From: Eledone cirrhosa
Lineage: Eukaryota
Length of the DNA stretch: 64,000 nucleotides
Direction of reading: 5' to 3'
Assembly (NCBI GenBank): GCA_964016885.1
Contig: OZ024747.1
Location: 84,940,001 to 85,004,000, forward strand
Shown here: piece after piece, positions 14,055 through 28,400 of the stretch
Layout: each line of letters starts with the position of its first letter
Position numbering within the stretch: position 1 is the first letter of the stretch
The notes under the pieces: model-generated
Seen by the model: the letters and a program-made list of their open reading frames with translations, nothing else
Database searches by the model: none
Told to the model about the DNA's origin: nothing
Position numbers and translations under genes: made by a program

Positions 14055-14810
14055 CTAGCTGAGTAGCCCATCGTTACCAGGCAATACTCCCCATAGGACG
14101 CCTTTATTTCAATTTTTATTTTATTCTGTGACAGACCGAAAGATAGTCCCTTTGATGAGGACAGATTTCTTTATTAATTGGATCAATTTATAATGTTTGT
14201 ATAAACAATGTTTGTTGTTTTTCCATCTGGTACATAGATGTAAAGATTTTTCTGACTTCCTACTCTTGAATATCCAACATAAATCTGGCCATGGGTGAAG
14301 CAGGGCTCTTGAACATGTAAACCAGCAACCGAAAATGTTTGTCCTTGTGATTTGTTGATGGTCATGGCAAAACTAAGACTCACTAGAAATTGAAGTCATT
14401 TGAATTGAAATGGGACATCAGTGGGGATTAGAGGAATTCTTGGAACAAACACATCCGTTCCCCTACCACATCCTGTTGAAATAGTGGCTTAAATCACATG
14501 TGGGTACATATTTTTCACAACCAATCGAGTGCCTTGGGGGGTCCAAATTCCCCAATAACATGATGGGTGCTCCTTCTTTAAGGTGAAGGACACGTGGTGG
14601 CATTCCTGATGGTTCTAAAGAGTTAAGGAACTCTGTCGGGTAATTGACAGTTTCCGACTGTTACATCACAGTGTTGACAGATCGATAGAGCTTCGAAACC
14701 TTTGGAGTTCTTTTTAACATCTCTTGATTTAGCAATTTTACAGTCACACTTTTCGGGTCCAATATAGCCCTTTCACTGAGCTACATGTGGTTTGAGAACT
14801 GATATTATAT
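14055..14810 (-). mobile_element. Helitron 3' fragment (PIF1-type helicase C-terminus plus CTAG end)
   Basis: Reads [69 protein letters not shown], with stops and frameshifts. Subterminal GC hairpin and terminal CTAG at 14055-14058. Confidence 0.9.
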
Positions 14811-14899
14811 TTTTTGATAACTAACAACCCTAAAATATTCTCCTTGGGACGCAGATTTCTCTAGGACATACCGTTTCGGAGCCTTTGGAAGACATACAC

Positions 14900-15480
14900 A
14901 GATACACTGACACACCCTTTCCGGTTGGTGTTTATACCATTTCTCACTTCTGCTCATGTCATACTTATGACAGAGCTTCTAATGAACCAATCTGGCAATG
15001 TCGTGCTTTCTCTTGTACTCTTTCTGAGAAAATATCTTATATTCACTAATAATGTGGTTTATTGTCTCACCTTTCTCACCACACACCCTACAAAGTGGGG
15101 AACTCACTGATTTGTCAATATTGAACTTGATATAATTTGTTCTCAGCGCCTGTTCCTGGGCTGTGAAAATAACGGCCTCAGTTTCAACTTTTAAGTCACT
15201 TTTCCTCGTTCATTCCCAGTTCCTCTTTGTCAACTGTCTCAGGTATTTCCCGTAAGAATTGACTATACATTTTCTTTTCTTCCATCTATTCACTGTGTCA
15301 TTCTGTCTGTCTTGTTTAAATTCTCCCTTTTTCTTTGTTTCATCACTGTTTAGGGCTTTTATCCTCCTTACTCCTGTCAACAAACTCTCCTTTAAATTCT
15401 TTACATACCATGCCAGATTATTTTCCTCAGACTTCATCTACATTTCACAGCTAATGAGACATCGTACTCCCCTCTGTTGT
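14900..15480 (-). pseudogene. R4/Dong-like non-LTR element fragment (post-RT region with zinc knuckle)
   Basis: Reads KVETEAVIFTAQEQALRTNYIKFNIDKSVSSPLCRVCGEKGETINHIISE..KRKHD, with frameshifts. Confidence 0.8.
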
Positions 15481-15855
15481 GATAGATACAACCCATCCAT
15501 GTTACTTTATGTCCATTAGTCTTGACCCTATTGGTATTTATTATTCTACGCTTATTTTATATAATATTTTCCTTAACATTAATATTATATATAATGCCCC
15601 CCCCCCCCCCACACACACACGCACACGCACACACACACACACACACACACACCCCACACTCCACCCCACACGCGCACCCCCCACACACATACACACATAC
15701 ACACCCACACACCCTCACACCCACATACCCACCCACCCACACACACATAAACACACACACATACCCCCCACACACATTCTTGTCTGCTGACACTGTGATA
15801 AATAGGTGAAACTCCAGAGTAACAAGACTCACTTTTTAGCCTTAATAAAAACAAA

Positions 15856-15933
<78 letters not shown>

Positions 15934-16356
15934 TAGTAACACAACAGTTAGTTCACCATACCGGGAACAATTGTTTCACCTTGAGGATTTTTCAGCTGAA
16001 CATTTGTCTGATGCTCTAACGATTCAGTCAATTCACCCCCCTAAACACCAGCTTAATAATGAGAAAATTTGTAATATTACTAAGTCCCTCCAAATTCCTA
16101 ATCATTTGTTAGTAAATATCAACAGGGAAATATTTAATCACAGTCCAAAATTCACTCCATCTGATTTTTACCCCTTCTATTAACAATCCACCAAAAACGC
16201 CCTAGTCACACGATACAAAACTATAATCTTATGAAAGAATGTTTGCTATGCTCCAAACACCAGCTTAATAACAAGACAGTTATATTACTAAATCCCTCTA
16301 AATTTTTGATTGTTTTCAAAATTATTTGTAAACAGTGTTTTTCAATAGAAATATGA

Positions 16357-16546
16357 TAATTGTTTCTACTTTTGGCACAAAGCCAGCAATTATATCAGTG
16401 AATTACTGGTACTTTATTTTATCGACCCTGTAAGGACGAAATGCAAAGTTAACCTCGGCGGGATTTAAACTCAGTCCGTAAAGGGACGTAACTGTGCTGC
16501 AAAGCATGGCACCCGACCCTCTACCGATACTGCCAATTCACCGCTC
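16357..16546 (-). mobile_element. Full-length family A SINE with target-site duplication
   Basis: Flanked by ATATGATAAT at 16351 and ~16548. Confidence 0.9.
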
Positions 16547-17457
16547 TATATGATAATAACAATAGAAATATGATAATAAAAGACTTAAACCGCAGAGATT
16601 CTGGAAATTCAAACAAAACATTTTAGGCACAAAAACAGCTTCTAATATTTAAAAATAAAATGGTCAAACTTGCCATAGGGACATTCGTACAGTGCCCGGG
16701 AGACTGTTGTGTTGCATAAAAAAAGAAGAAAAATACTGTGCACAATATTTGCAGAGAACTGAAATCCACCTTACTGGAGCAGTGAAAACGCCTCTGGCAA
16801 TCAGCATTTTAAAGGCCCAATCCCCTTCTGCCTATATTTCATGGTCAGTTGTTAGCCATTTATGTTGTTTGTATAATTACCAACCAAACTAGTTTGTCAA
16901 GGTCACCCCAATTTATTCTTAGTAGAATGCAAATATTTATTTACATTAATATTCAACTAGTTACTTTCTCTCACCGGTGATTTTCTAGTCTGCAATATTT
17001 TAATTACTCTCAGTGGGATGTGTCTCTGTTGATGTAATCCTAAGAGGCATGCTCCAATTGGCATATAATATCGCAGTTATATTGTTTGTTTACATTCCAG
17101 ATTTGGCAGAGTCGTAACAGCGTTGGGTATTTGTTCCCGGTCTCTGCTTTCTGAGTTCAAATCCCGCCGAAATTCACTTTGCTTTCCAAAATGTTCGAAG
17201 TCGTTAAAGAAAGTACCAGTCGGGTACTCGTGTAGCTCTCTTTTCTAATTTAGAAGTCCCGTTTAAAGGACCACTTCTGTTTCATTTGGTGAGGAAATTT
17301 TATCACCAAATGAGAGAAAACTGTAAAAGTCACTGTAAAAGTCCTGTAAAAGTCACTCCTAAATTTAATAATAGTACCTTCTCTACCTGATGTTTTGAGT
17401 ACTCTAATTTAATTGCGATTCCCTCCTGTTCTTTAACTGAACACAATTCTACTTACT

Positions 17458-17488
<31 letters not shown>

Positions 17489-17599
17489 TGGCGAGAGTGT
17501 CCATGGGAAGGAAAAAGAAGAAGAAAAAAAGGTTTTATCTAGTGCAAGAGGCTAATATATTATGGTTCATTTTTGTAAATCTCATACAGATGTTAAACA

Positions 17600-17792
17600 A
17601 TCTGGATACTTCAGTTAGGGAGGAGTCAGCAACAAGTTGACAAAGGTCCCTCATTGTATCCTCTGCTGCGCCTCACATAGACAAGACTTTTCTTAAAATC
17701 TTTGCTGTACCAAGAAGAGCTGTCTTCTGTATGACCTATAACATTGAATCAATTCCGATTCTATTTACCCAGTCCTCAAAATTGTCCGATAT
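17600..17792 (-). pseudogene. R4/Dong-like LINE extreme C-terminus and 3' UTR
   Basis: Reads SDNFEDWVNRIGID..VIQKTALLGTAKILRKVLSM*, with the stop at 17673. Confidence 0.75.
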
Positions 17793-17840
17793 GATTAGTC
17801 TAATTTGCATATGAAGCTGTATAAGGTAGCTCAACTTAAA

Positions 17841-17882
<42 letters not shown>

Positions 17883-17932
17883 ACACACACACACACACAA
17901 GGATTTCAATACCAAGGATTTCACACATTTTT

Positions 17933-17987
<55 letters not shown>

Positions 17988-18031
17988 ACATAAGAAACGG
18001 AGAATCAGTGGTACGACGAATAAAATTTATT

Positions 18032-18109
18032 AGACATATTACAATCGTTTCTCTGGCGACCGGCTCGAGGCACGATCGATCTGAAGTCGTAAGGTCCTCA
18101 GATACGTCT
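18032..18109 (-). ncRNA. Type I hammerhead ribozyme motif
   Basis: AGACGTAT-CTGAGGA...GAAA-CGATTG-TA-ATATGTCT-AATAAA. Stem I is 8 bp with one G.U, stem II is imperfect, and (TA)n lies on both sides. Confidence 0.7.
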
Positions 18110-18148
18110 CGATTCTTCGAAGCAGAGTTTCCAATATTTATATATATA

Positions 18149-18203
<55 letters not shown>

Positions 18204-18270
18204 TTTATCCGGGGTTCAAACGGGGGTAACCACAGTAAGTAAGGTACTCAATACAAAGCAGAGTATAAAG

Positions 18271-18396
18271 ATTTAATATAGAAAAGGGTTCTACAGGACT
18301 AGAACTGTTTCATTCGGGAGAAATCATCAGGAAGCCCTGATGACTTCTCCCGAATGAAACAGTTCTAGTCCTGTAGAAGCCTTTTCTATATTAAAT
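18271..18396. ncRNA. Head-to-head palindromic hammerhead pair (family H2)
   Basis: Apex TCATCAG-GAAGCC-CTGATGA at 18324-18343. Consensus GGCTTC-CTGATGA-T-TTC(TCCC)GAA-T-GAAA-CAG(TTCTAGTC)CTG-TA-GAAGCC. Confidence 0.85.
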
Positions 18397-18421
18397 ATAT
18401 TCATATTTATATATATGTATG

Positions 18422-18452
<31 letters not shown>

Positions 18453-19029
18453 GAAACAAACATATGGAACAAACACAGCACGATGAGGTTCAATGAAGAT
18501 ATATATTAATTTGACGCTTAATATAGTAGGAATAGTTTTAACGTTTTGGGGCGCTATTCTTTCATCAGAATATAGAATGAGAGATTACAGAAGAAATGGA
18601 AAGATAGAGGAGAGTGTGCAGAGGCAGAAACGAAAAAGAATTCTTCGAGAAAAAGCAGGTCTGTTCATAAAAGGGACGTAATTAGATTCATACTGCAAGT
18701 AAATGTTTGTTTCCTACGACAATCTGTTATCTATCGCCTGTCATTTCCAATCGTTCTTTCTTGCTTCTTTTACAAGAAATCCATTAAACTGAACTGACAG
18801 TGCTTCTCTTCTCAGAGTTTGCCGTGAAGATGTCTTGAGACGAATCATTGATAACCAGTCACGACTTTGACACGACACAACCATCACATCAACTACCACT
18901 ACTACTACCACTACCATCACATCAACTACCACAACTACCATTACCACAACTACCACAACCATCACATCAACTACCACTACCACAACTACCACATCAACTA
19001 CCACAACCACCGTATCAACCACCACCACC

Positions 19030-19503
19030 ACCACTGCCATAACTACTGACACCACCACCACCACCACCTCTGCCAGAATTACTCACACCACCACCACCTC
19101 TGCCAGAACTACTCACACCACCACCATCACCACTGACATCACCACCACCTCTGCCAGAACTACTCACAGCACCACCACCACCACTGACACCACCACCACC
19201 TCTGCCAGAACTACTCACACCACCACCACCACCACTGACATCACTACCACATCTGCCAGAACTACTCACACCACCACCACCACCTATGCCAGAACTACTC
19301 ACACCACCACCACTGACATCACCACCACCTCTGCCAGAACTACTCACACCACCACCACCACCACTGACATCACTACCACATCTGCCAGAACTACTCACAC
19401 CACCACCACCACCTCTGCCAGAACTACTCACACCACCACCACTGACACCACCACCACCTCTGCCAGAACTACTCACACCACTACCACCACTGACACCACC
19501 ACC
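19030..19503 (+). repeat. Minisatellite of CCACCTCTGCCAGAACTACTCACA(CCA)n units within ACC-rich low complexity (18870-20085)
   Basis: About 11 recurrences of (C/A)TGCCAGAA(C/T)TACTCACA separated by (CCA)n and CTGACA. Confidence 0.85.
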
Positions 19504-19946
19504 TTTATCACTTACATTCCGTACGTTCACCAATTAGTTGGAGTTTATATGATCAATCGATCGTTGGCTAGATCTGGAGTGAAGGGCTTCTTTTGACGCT
19601 GAGATTGGAGAAGTAATAATTTCACCACCACCACCACTACTACCACAATCGCCCCTATCATCATCACTACGACCATCACCACCACGACCATCACCACCAC
19701 GACCATCACCACCCCCACCATCACCACCACCACCATTATCACCACCACCACCACCTCTACTACTACAATCGCCCCTATCATCACCACCACGACCATCACC
19801 ACCCCCACCATCACCACCACCACCACCACCACCATCACCACCACCATTATCACCATCACCACCATCATCATCACTACTAGCATGACCACCACTACTATCA
19901 TCATCACCACCATTACCACCAACACGACCGCTACCACCAACATCAC

Positions 19947-19999
<53 letters not shown>

Positions 20000-20254
20000 C
20001 CACCAGCATTACCACAACCATCAGGACCACCACCACCACCACCACCACCACCACCATCACCCTCATCATCACCATGATGACGATGGTGATGATCAGGAAT
20101 ATAGTTTTGCCGAATAGAACAAGGTCAATTAAAACTGGCAAAGGCTATTTGCCAAATAACCGGGGCTTTGAAATAGGCTGGCAGCCAGCACAGCTTTCTT
20201 TCTTCCTTTGTCATACATACATAGATGTAGGCATGTATGTATGTATGTAAGTAA

Positions 20255-20285
<31 letters not shown>

Positions 20286-20408
20286 TGTATGTATGTATGT
20301 ATGAATATATATGTATGTATGCATGTTTTTATAAATGTATATATATATATATATATATCATCAGGTCGAGCATGTGTGTGTGTGTGTGTGTGTTAGGGAG
20401 TGTACGTG

Positions 20409-20557
<149 letters not shown>

Positions 20558-20558
20558 G

Positions 20559-21200
<642 letters not shown>

Positions 21201-21302
21201 TATGCAAACAGAGGGGTTATTCTACCTGGTGTTGCGACCAATACATAGTATTAGCAATTGGAAAAACCAATGAAAACATTGTTTCGACTGTCGTTACACA
21301 CA

Positions 21303-21343
<41 letters not shown>

Positions 21344-21513
21344 TGGTCAAGTACAAAAATATAAAAACTATTCTTTCTTGAATTGAAAAGAAAACTTTTT
21401 TTCGTTATGTCCTATACACATGACATATAAAATAAATAAAGGCACATTAGATGCTTTTTTCAAATCTTTATTACTTTTATCATATATATATATTTATATA
21501 TATGTGTGTGTGA

Positions 21514-21548
<35 letters not shown>

Positions 21549-21677
21549 CGCCCGCGTCTGCGTTTATATATATGTATATATGGCGTGTTTGTGGTGTAAG
21601 TTAGCTTACCCTTGAAAAAGCTTGTTGAAGCAAGTTAATACGGCATGACACGCCGTGGTGATTCTAGTCCTTCAGTA

Positions 21678-21716
<39 letters not shown>

Positions 21717-21767
21717 ATCTATCTATCTATCTATATCTCTCTCTCTATATATATATATGTGTGTAGA

Positions 21768-21798
<31 letters not shown>

Positions 21799-22017
21799 AT
21801 ATATGTATATATATATATACATATACATATATATATATATATATATGTCTGTGGTGGTGGTGGTGGTGGTGGTGGTGGTGGTGGGGGGGGGGGGGTAAAA
21901 GTAAACAGAAAGAACGAAAATAAAAATACAAACGGCACAGTACATGGAAGAAATATCAGGAAAAGTCTTAATTATATATCTATATCTGATGAATCGTTCA
22001 TTCAAACACAATAACTC

Positions 22018-22119
22018 TGCCTTAGGTTCTAAGGGTAGATTGGATTTCATGATCTTAATCGATAATCGATTCTAGATTGAGATCATGAAATCCAAGTCTA
22101 GCTATGAGGCCTAAGGTAG
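22018..22119. repeat. Imperfect ~100-bp palindrome (MITE-like)
   Basis: TGCCTTAGG..TAGATTGGATTTCATGATCTTAATC / GATTGAGATCATGAAATCCAAGTCTA..CCTAAGGTAG. Confidence 0.75.
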
Positions 22120-22531
22120 TGTTATAAAGTTTGAATGTACGAGTCATAAATTAGGCCTGTTTTTTTTATAGAGGGCACTTTTTCTTCTTGTTGATTCTCT
22201 CGCAACATACATACATACATACACACATAACACATACATACATAGATATATACATACATAATACATACATACATGCATACATAATAGATACATACATAAT
22301 ACATACATATATACATACATACATGCATGATACATACATAAATACATACATAATACATACACATATATATATATACATACATACATAATACATACACAAA
22401 TATATATATATACATACATAATACATACATACATAATACATAAATACATAATGATACATACATAATACATGATGGCTGCCCCCTCGTTATCGAGTATGGC
22501 CATTGCACAATAAAAAAAAAAAAAAAAAAAA

Positions 22532-22572
<41 letters not shown>

Positions 22573-22832
22573 TTTCTTTATTAACCACAAGGGTTTACAT
22601 AAAGTAGACATTAAGGACAGTGCAGGACAATGCAGGACGGTACAAATGGGCATTTCTGCGTGTAAAAAAACAAAAACAGAGGATGTAACAAAAATAACAA
22701 TGAAAATAACAATGAAAAATTCCCCAATAGGGGGGAGACTTCGGAGGGACATTTGTGGAGAAAGCCCAGTAAAAAGCCACAATGACCCTGACCACCAAGG
22801 CAAGTGCCCTCTCCCAGTTTTCCACCTTTAGT

Positions 22833-25800
22833 TTACAGATATATACTCAGAGTCGGCCCATTCACTCGGGCCATTCTTGCTTCTCTCACCCATCTTTCAA
22901 CAAAATGCTGGGAAGAGAGCACTTCCTTCTCTACTCTGATTTTCCTTTTCAAATGAAATTTGAAAAAGTCAATCAGAGCATCACCGAAGAGGTAAGTGCT
23001 CGTCTTCAGCCCTTTCAAACGTGTCCACCATACTATCTCTTTCGCCATGGCCACCAGACAGATAAAAACTGCCTGCCCTTCCCGGCTAAAGGAGGAGGGC
23101 GGGGCAATCCTCACGATAGACTCAGATGATAGCTGGATCCGTCCTAAACGCGACAGCAGGTGTTCGACATAAACCCACAAGTCAGCAATTTTCGGACACT
23201 GGACGAGTGCGTGCAGGACGGTTTCGTCGCCCTGCGCGCATCTCGGACATGCCCGGCTGACGGCACCTCCATGCCTGTAGAGTTTATCCCGAACTGGCAA
23301 GGCTCCTCGGTAGCACTGCCAGGCCAGAGATTTCTGGAAGTTGTCCATAGGCCCCGGCCCGAAAGTTCTTCCGAAGAGATTGGCTAGTTGATTTTCGTCG
23401 ACGCCTAGAGTTTCCCCAAGTACGTCGTCGCTCTTCCCCTCCACTAATCCTCTATAGAACGCCGAGGTGGAGTTTCCACCGATCACATTGCCCGATTGGT
23501 CGAGGGCTGTGAGCGCCTGAAGACATTCCAGTCTCCAGGCGCTCCCTCTCGGTCTTCGCTTGACCCAGGACTGCAGCTCCGTCAAGGAAACGAGCTGGGG
23601 AAAAACGCGTCTAGCAAACGGCGACCACACCTGATCACCGTCGAGGAAGAGGTGGAGATGTCGTAGCCTGAGCGCGTGCCTGCGCATCATCAGCCACGGC
23701 ATGCCCAGCCCTCCACGTAGCGGGTGTTGACAACAGATGGACCGCCTGACCATCGGAGCACGTCCCTTCCACAAAAAGCGAAAGAGCAAACGCTCCAGCG
23801 CAGTCAGGCGAGGCTTAGGACAAGGTACGACGGTTAGGCGGTAGCAGATGACAGACGCGATGTACGCGTTAGCCACCTCGGCTCGACCTTTCAGGGATAG
23901 CTTCCTCTCCGCCCATTTCTGGGTGAGAGAAGCCACCCTGCTCGTCACCTCGTCCCAGTTTTTGTCCGTCTGGAGGTCCGGACCGAACCAGACCCCTAGC
24001 AATTTAACCGGTCCGTCCGTCCAGCGCCCGACGACGCTGTTGGACGGCATGGACCTGCCTCTCCAGGTGCCGAGCTGCAGGCCCACTGACTTTTCCTGGT
24101 TGATCATTGCTCCTGTCACCGCTTCGTATTCTCTTAGTGTAGTGCCGATCGCCTCGATGTGTTTGGCGTTCGACACCACTACGGTGACATCGTCCGCATA
24201 TGCTGACACGGATCTTCCGCATCCTAGTTCGCGCGGGACTCCCCTCAACGTCTCCAGTTTGTGCAGTAATGGCTCGAGAGTCAATACGTACAAGAGGGAC
24301 GAGAGGGGACATCCTTGGCGGACCGAGCGCATGATGTTGAACGGTTCCGACAGGTGACCGTTCACTCTCACTACAGAGCAGATGTCGCTGTGCATGGCAG
24401 CGATCCAGCCTCTGAAGACGGGCCCAAAGCCAGCCGCCCTCAGGACTGCCGCTAGGTAACGATGGTCGACCCTATCGAAAGCTTTCGACTGATCTAAATT
24501 GATCAAGGACCCACCCGTGCCAGGTTCCCTAGCTACCCTCTCTACGATGTATCGCATGAGGTGGAGGTTGTCGTGGATGGATCTGTCGGGAATGGCGCAT
24601 GTCTGCGCCTCTCCCACCAGACCACCAACGACAAGCGCCAACCTCTTTGCTAGCACCTTGGCCAAAATCTTAAACTCTGTGTTTAGCAGAGTTATGGGCC
24701 GGAAATTGTCTATGTTATCCCCCTTGTTCGGATCCTTTCTCAGCAGTGCCACCGCTCCTCGGCTCACAGAACTGGGAATTCTCCCGTTCTGTTGCTAGTT
24801 GCAGTAGACGTCCGCCAAGAGGCCTCCGAACAAGTCTGGCATCTGTACGTAAAGTTCATAGGGCAGACCATCCAAACCAGGCGATTTACCTCTTGTGCAG
24901 CCAGTCATTGCCTCCCGTACTTCAGCGGCTGTTATTGGCTTTTCGCAACACTTCGCCTCAGTGGCCGAGAGCCGCGGCAGTCCGTCGAGGTAGACACTAA
25001 AGTCCATCCCTCTACCCGGCCCCCCGCTGCCCCCGAACAGCTGAGCGAAGTGTCGCTGAAAAGCTTCACACACTTGCCCGGGATCGAGTAGCATGCGCCC
25101 GTCGTGGTCCACCAAAGACCGGATCGTGGCTTTGTTGCCACGACGCGCCTCCGCCACTCGGGCCCATTCAACGGCTTTCGTCCCCTCGTGTCTGAGAGCA
25201 CGCACCCTAGCTCTGACAACGCAGCCTTCGTGCTTTGCATTGAAGAATTGGTCAAGGGCCAATTTCGCCGCAAGCACGTCGGTCGCAATGCCTTTGCTAA
25301 GCGCCTCGTCTAATTTTCTAACTAGTTCTCCCTCTGCTCTATTTTTCTCTATTGCTAAAGCCTTACTAAACCTAATCGATTCTATTCTAATCGCTCTTTT
25401 CAGAGCAAACCACCACTTGTTGTTGACGATGGCCCCCGTCAACGCCCGCTTAACTAGTTCGCTAATCCGGTCTCTGTAGGCCTTGCGCGCTGGTAAGGAC
25501 GCGTTTAGCTTCCAGTAGCCGGGTCCTCGTCTATGAAGCCTATCTAAGTCAAGCACACAGGTCACGAATTTGTGGTCCGTGTAGCTGACTATCTTGAATT
25601 GTGGACAGCCTATGCTAGACCTATCTATTTCCCTACAAAATACTCTATCTAGATATGATCTGGATGACCCTATGCGGTTTGTCCAAGTCCACATTGGCAC
25701 ATTCGGGGAATCCAATCGGTACCTGTCAGACAGTTCAAAACGCCTGAGCAGGTTGGTGAGGCTCTTGCACCCTCCACCCCTATCCGCTAATCCCACACAG

Positions 25801-26252
25801 TCCCAGCGTGCATCTAAGATCCCGTTCCAGTCGCCCACTAACACTAAAGAGCGGGACGTTCCAAGAAAGGTCTCCAGACGCCGGAAGAAATCAGGCCGCC
25901 CTGCTCCTGTCGGGGCATAGACGGCCACTAGCCTGAAAGCTTGCCCGTCTCCGCTGGTCACGTCCAGCACCACCAGCTTACCCTCTGGGTCCAGGAAGAT
26001 GGCCCGTATGGCGAGATCCAAACCTCTCCGAAAAAGCACAGCAACTCCTCCACCGGATCCAGGACGGCTGGGAGATGCGTACACATCGAAGCCGCCGAAG
26101 ATCGGTGCGAAGGTCCGTGCTTCGGAGATTCTGGTCTCGCTGATGGCCACTACATCTATGTTTAGTGACCTGAGGTCGTTGAGCAGGTGACCCTGCTTCC
26201 ATGACGACCCCAAGCCACGCGCATTTATGCTGCCTATTCTGAGTGAGGTCAT
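22833..26252 (-). pseudogene. Tx1 ORF2 (APE endonuclease, reverse transcriptase, C-terminal zinc finger) interrupted by one in-frame TAG at 24795-24797
   Basis: Motifs: SINARGL, AISETR, VYAP, GDWN, SYLDR, TDH; KSPGLDGL, NFRPITLLN, DQSKAFDRV, VRQGCPLS, AYADD; CPRC..ETVLHALVQC. The two ORFs 24795-26252 and 22833-24767 are in the same frame. Confidence 0.92.
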
Positions 26253-26660
26253 GTTTAAAATAGAGTGGAAAAGATGGGAAAGACCACTTACCGTACTTTT
26301 GGTAGAGGAGGGATGGTTTTTACATCCCTTTTCACTTGATCGTCTGGTGAAGGGACCGTTGAATCGTCCCTTCGGCTGGTCGTCGGCTCTTCTAAGAGAA
26401 TGTCTGAGTATACTCTTCGATTGATGGTTCCTCCTAGGTCCCTGAAATCACCAACTGCGTTGGGGAATTTCGTTTTAATATTTGTGTATTGTTTCTGTGC
26501 TATTTTTAGCAGTCTTATGTTAGTTGGCGTTTTGATTGGTGCTGGTATTATGTAGTCCTGTTGTGAAATGTCTGTGTGTTCAATTATGTAAGTCATTAGT
26601 TTCTTGTTGTGTGTATTTATTGCCGTGCATTTGTTTTTCTGGGGGTGGGGTGTGGTTCTG

Positions 26661-28400
26661 CTATTTTCTTGTCGTTGTTGCTGGGTGTGTGTGTTTTGTT
26701 GTTGTGTTTGCGATGTTGGTGCTTGTGGTGGTGGTGTTGAAGGTGTTGTTGGCGGTGGGGTTGTCGCCGGTGGTGATGGTGGCGCTAGTGTGGGTGGTGA
26801 TGGTGTTGGTGTTGTTGCTGCTGTGGGTCTCTTTGCAGTAGACTTTACCCTTTACCCTTTTCTCATTTCTTTCCTCCCTTTTCAAAGGCGACGATGCGCT
26901 GCTTCTGCGTTTGTGCCTTCTTACGACCTTTTGCCATCTCTCTCCCACCTCACACTCCATGTCTGATTCTGTGAGGTCGGGGAGGGGTACCAACTCCACT
27001 CTTTCACTTGTTGTTGTTGGTGATGTTTGCACTGGAGTCTCTGTTGCAGCTGCATTTGGTATTGCTGTTGTTGTTGTTAGTATTTCCACTGCTGCTGCTG
27101 TTTTTGATTTCCGTGGAGTGGGTATGGGTGCCACGGGCCTATCGTTCCTGGTTGCCGCTTGTCCTGTTGCTGGTAGCCGTGGAGCCGGATTCGGAAGGAG
27201 GGGGGTTTTCTCCTTTCTCAGGGTCTTCTCGTTGCAGAAGGCCCTGAGGTGAGTCTTCGATCCACAGCGAAAGCATTTCGGGCGTTTGCCCTCAACACTT
27301 ATGGGCAGTTGAGTGCCGTTATCGAAGTCTATCACATCCGGGATAGCTTCGATGCACTCCTGGTTGGTTTGGATTAGCATCTCAATGGAGGAGCCGACCC
27401 AATCTTCTCTTACTTTTTTCTGTACTTGCAGTACAGTTGTTTTGTCCTCGATTCCGACGAGGACAGACGCGGCCAGCCAAGAAGGGGTCATTCCGGGGGG
27501 GACGTGGGTCAGTTTGACCCTCACAATTTTTTGCCCGCAGTAGGAGGGCACCAACACCATTTCCTCGCTCCTTAGGGTCACTACTGATTGGGCCTTTGCC
27601 TCCTGGGGTGTGGCAAAAAGTACGTCTACGGTGGCATATTTTTTGCCTCGGGTGATGTGCGTTTTCCGCTGCCACACAGACCCCAAGACTTTTTGTATTT
27701 GAGCCTCTGTGGCTCTTTCCACCCTACGGGATTTTGTACTTACTGTACGGTACGTGACCGTACAGTGCTCTTGGGTTTCGAAAAATTTTTCCGCTGCCTT
27801 GCAGATTGCTCGGTGTCCGTTCTTTGTCACCGTCTTCTTCGCTTCCTCTAATTCCTCATTTGTTATGAGGATTGTTTCCAAGTTTTTCGCAATACCTGCA
27901 AATGAGATTGGTTTTTCTCTGCTGTTGTTGTTGTCGTCAGAGCTGCTGGTACTTTTGTTGTTGCTGCAGGTACTACGACTACTGCCTCCGCCGCTGTTGC
28001 TGTGGTTGTTGTTGGTGTTGCTGCTGCTAATGCTGTTGTTGTTTATGCTGCTGGTGATGCTGTTGCGGCTGCTACTGTTGTTTTCATTGTCACTGTTGCT
28101 GTTGTTATTACGGCTGCTACTGCTATTATTCCTGACGTCAGACGAATGAACTGGGTTTTCGTATTTCCCGCACACCTGTTTCGTCGCTGTCGTCGTCGTC
28201 GTGGAGAAACCTTGCACGCTTTGCACGAGACTTTTCTTTTCTTTCGTCACTTGCGAAAGAGAAGGGAGGGAGAGAGACAATCTTCTCTCTGCTGTAGTGA
28301 TGATTGAGGAAGAAGAAGACGGAATGAGTGGGAGTGACGTATGAAATTTCTTTTTCGTAGCCATGTTGTTTCTTTGTTTAAAATGAAATTTTGGGTACAA
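26661..28400 (-). CDS. Tx1 ORF1 (gag-like nucleic-acid-binding protein with CCHC knuckle)
   Basis: 579-aa ORF containing a CFRCGSKTHLRAFC zinc knuckle, ISFAGIAK and WQKVVRRHKRR motifs, and N/S- and T-rich low-complexity tracts. Confidence 0.85.
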   Translation of the reverse strand: MYPKFHFKQRNNMATKKKFHTSLPLIPSSSSSIITTAERRLSLSLPSLSQVTKEKKSLVQSVQGFSTTTTTATKQVCGKYENPVHSSDVRNNSSSSRNNNSNSDNENNSSSRNSITSSINNNSISSSNTNNNHSNSGGGSSRSTCSNNKSTSSSDDNNNSREKPISFAGIAKNLETILITNEELEEAKKTVTKNGHRAICKAAEKFFETQEHCTVTYRTVSTKSRRVERATEAQIQKVLGSVWQRKTHITRGKKYATVDVLFATPQEAKAQSVVTLRSEEMVLVPSYCGQKIVRVKLTHVPPGMTPSWLAASVLVGIEDKTTVLQVQKKVREDWVGSSIEMLIQTNQECIEAIPDVIDFDNGTQLPISVEGKRPKCFRCGSKTHLRAFCNEKTLRKEKTPLLPNPAPRLPATGQAATRNDRPVAPIPTPRKSKTAAAVEILTTTTAIPNAAATETPVQTSPTTTSERVELVPLPDLTESDMECEVGERWQKVVRRHKRRSSASSPLKREERNEKRVKGKVYCKETHSSNNTNTITTHTSATITTGDNPTANNTFNTTTTSTNIANTTTKHTHPATTTRK

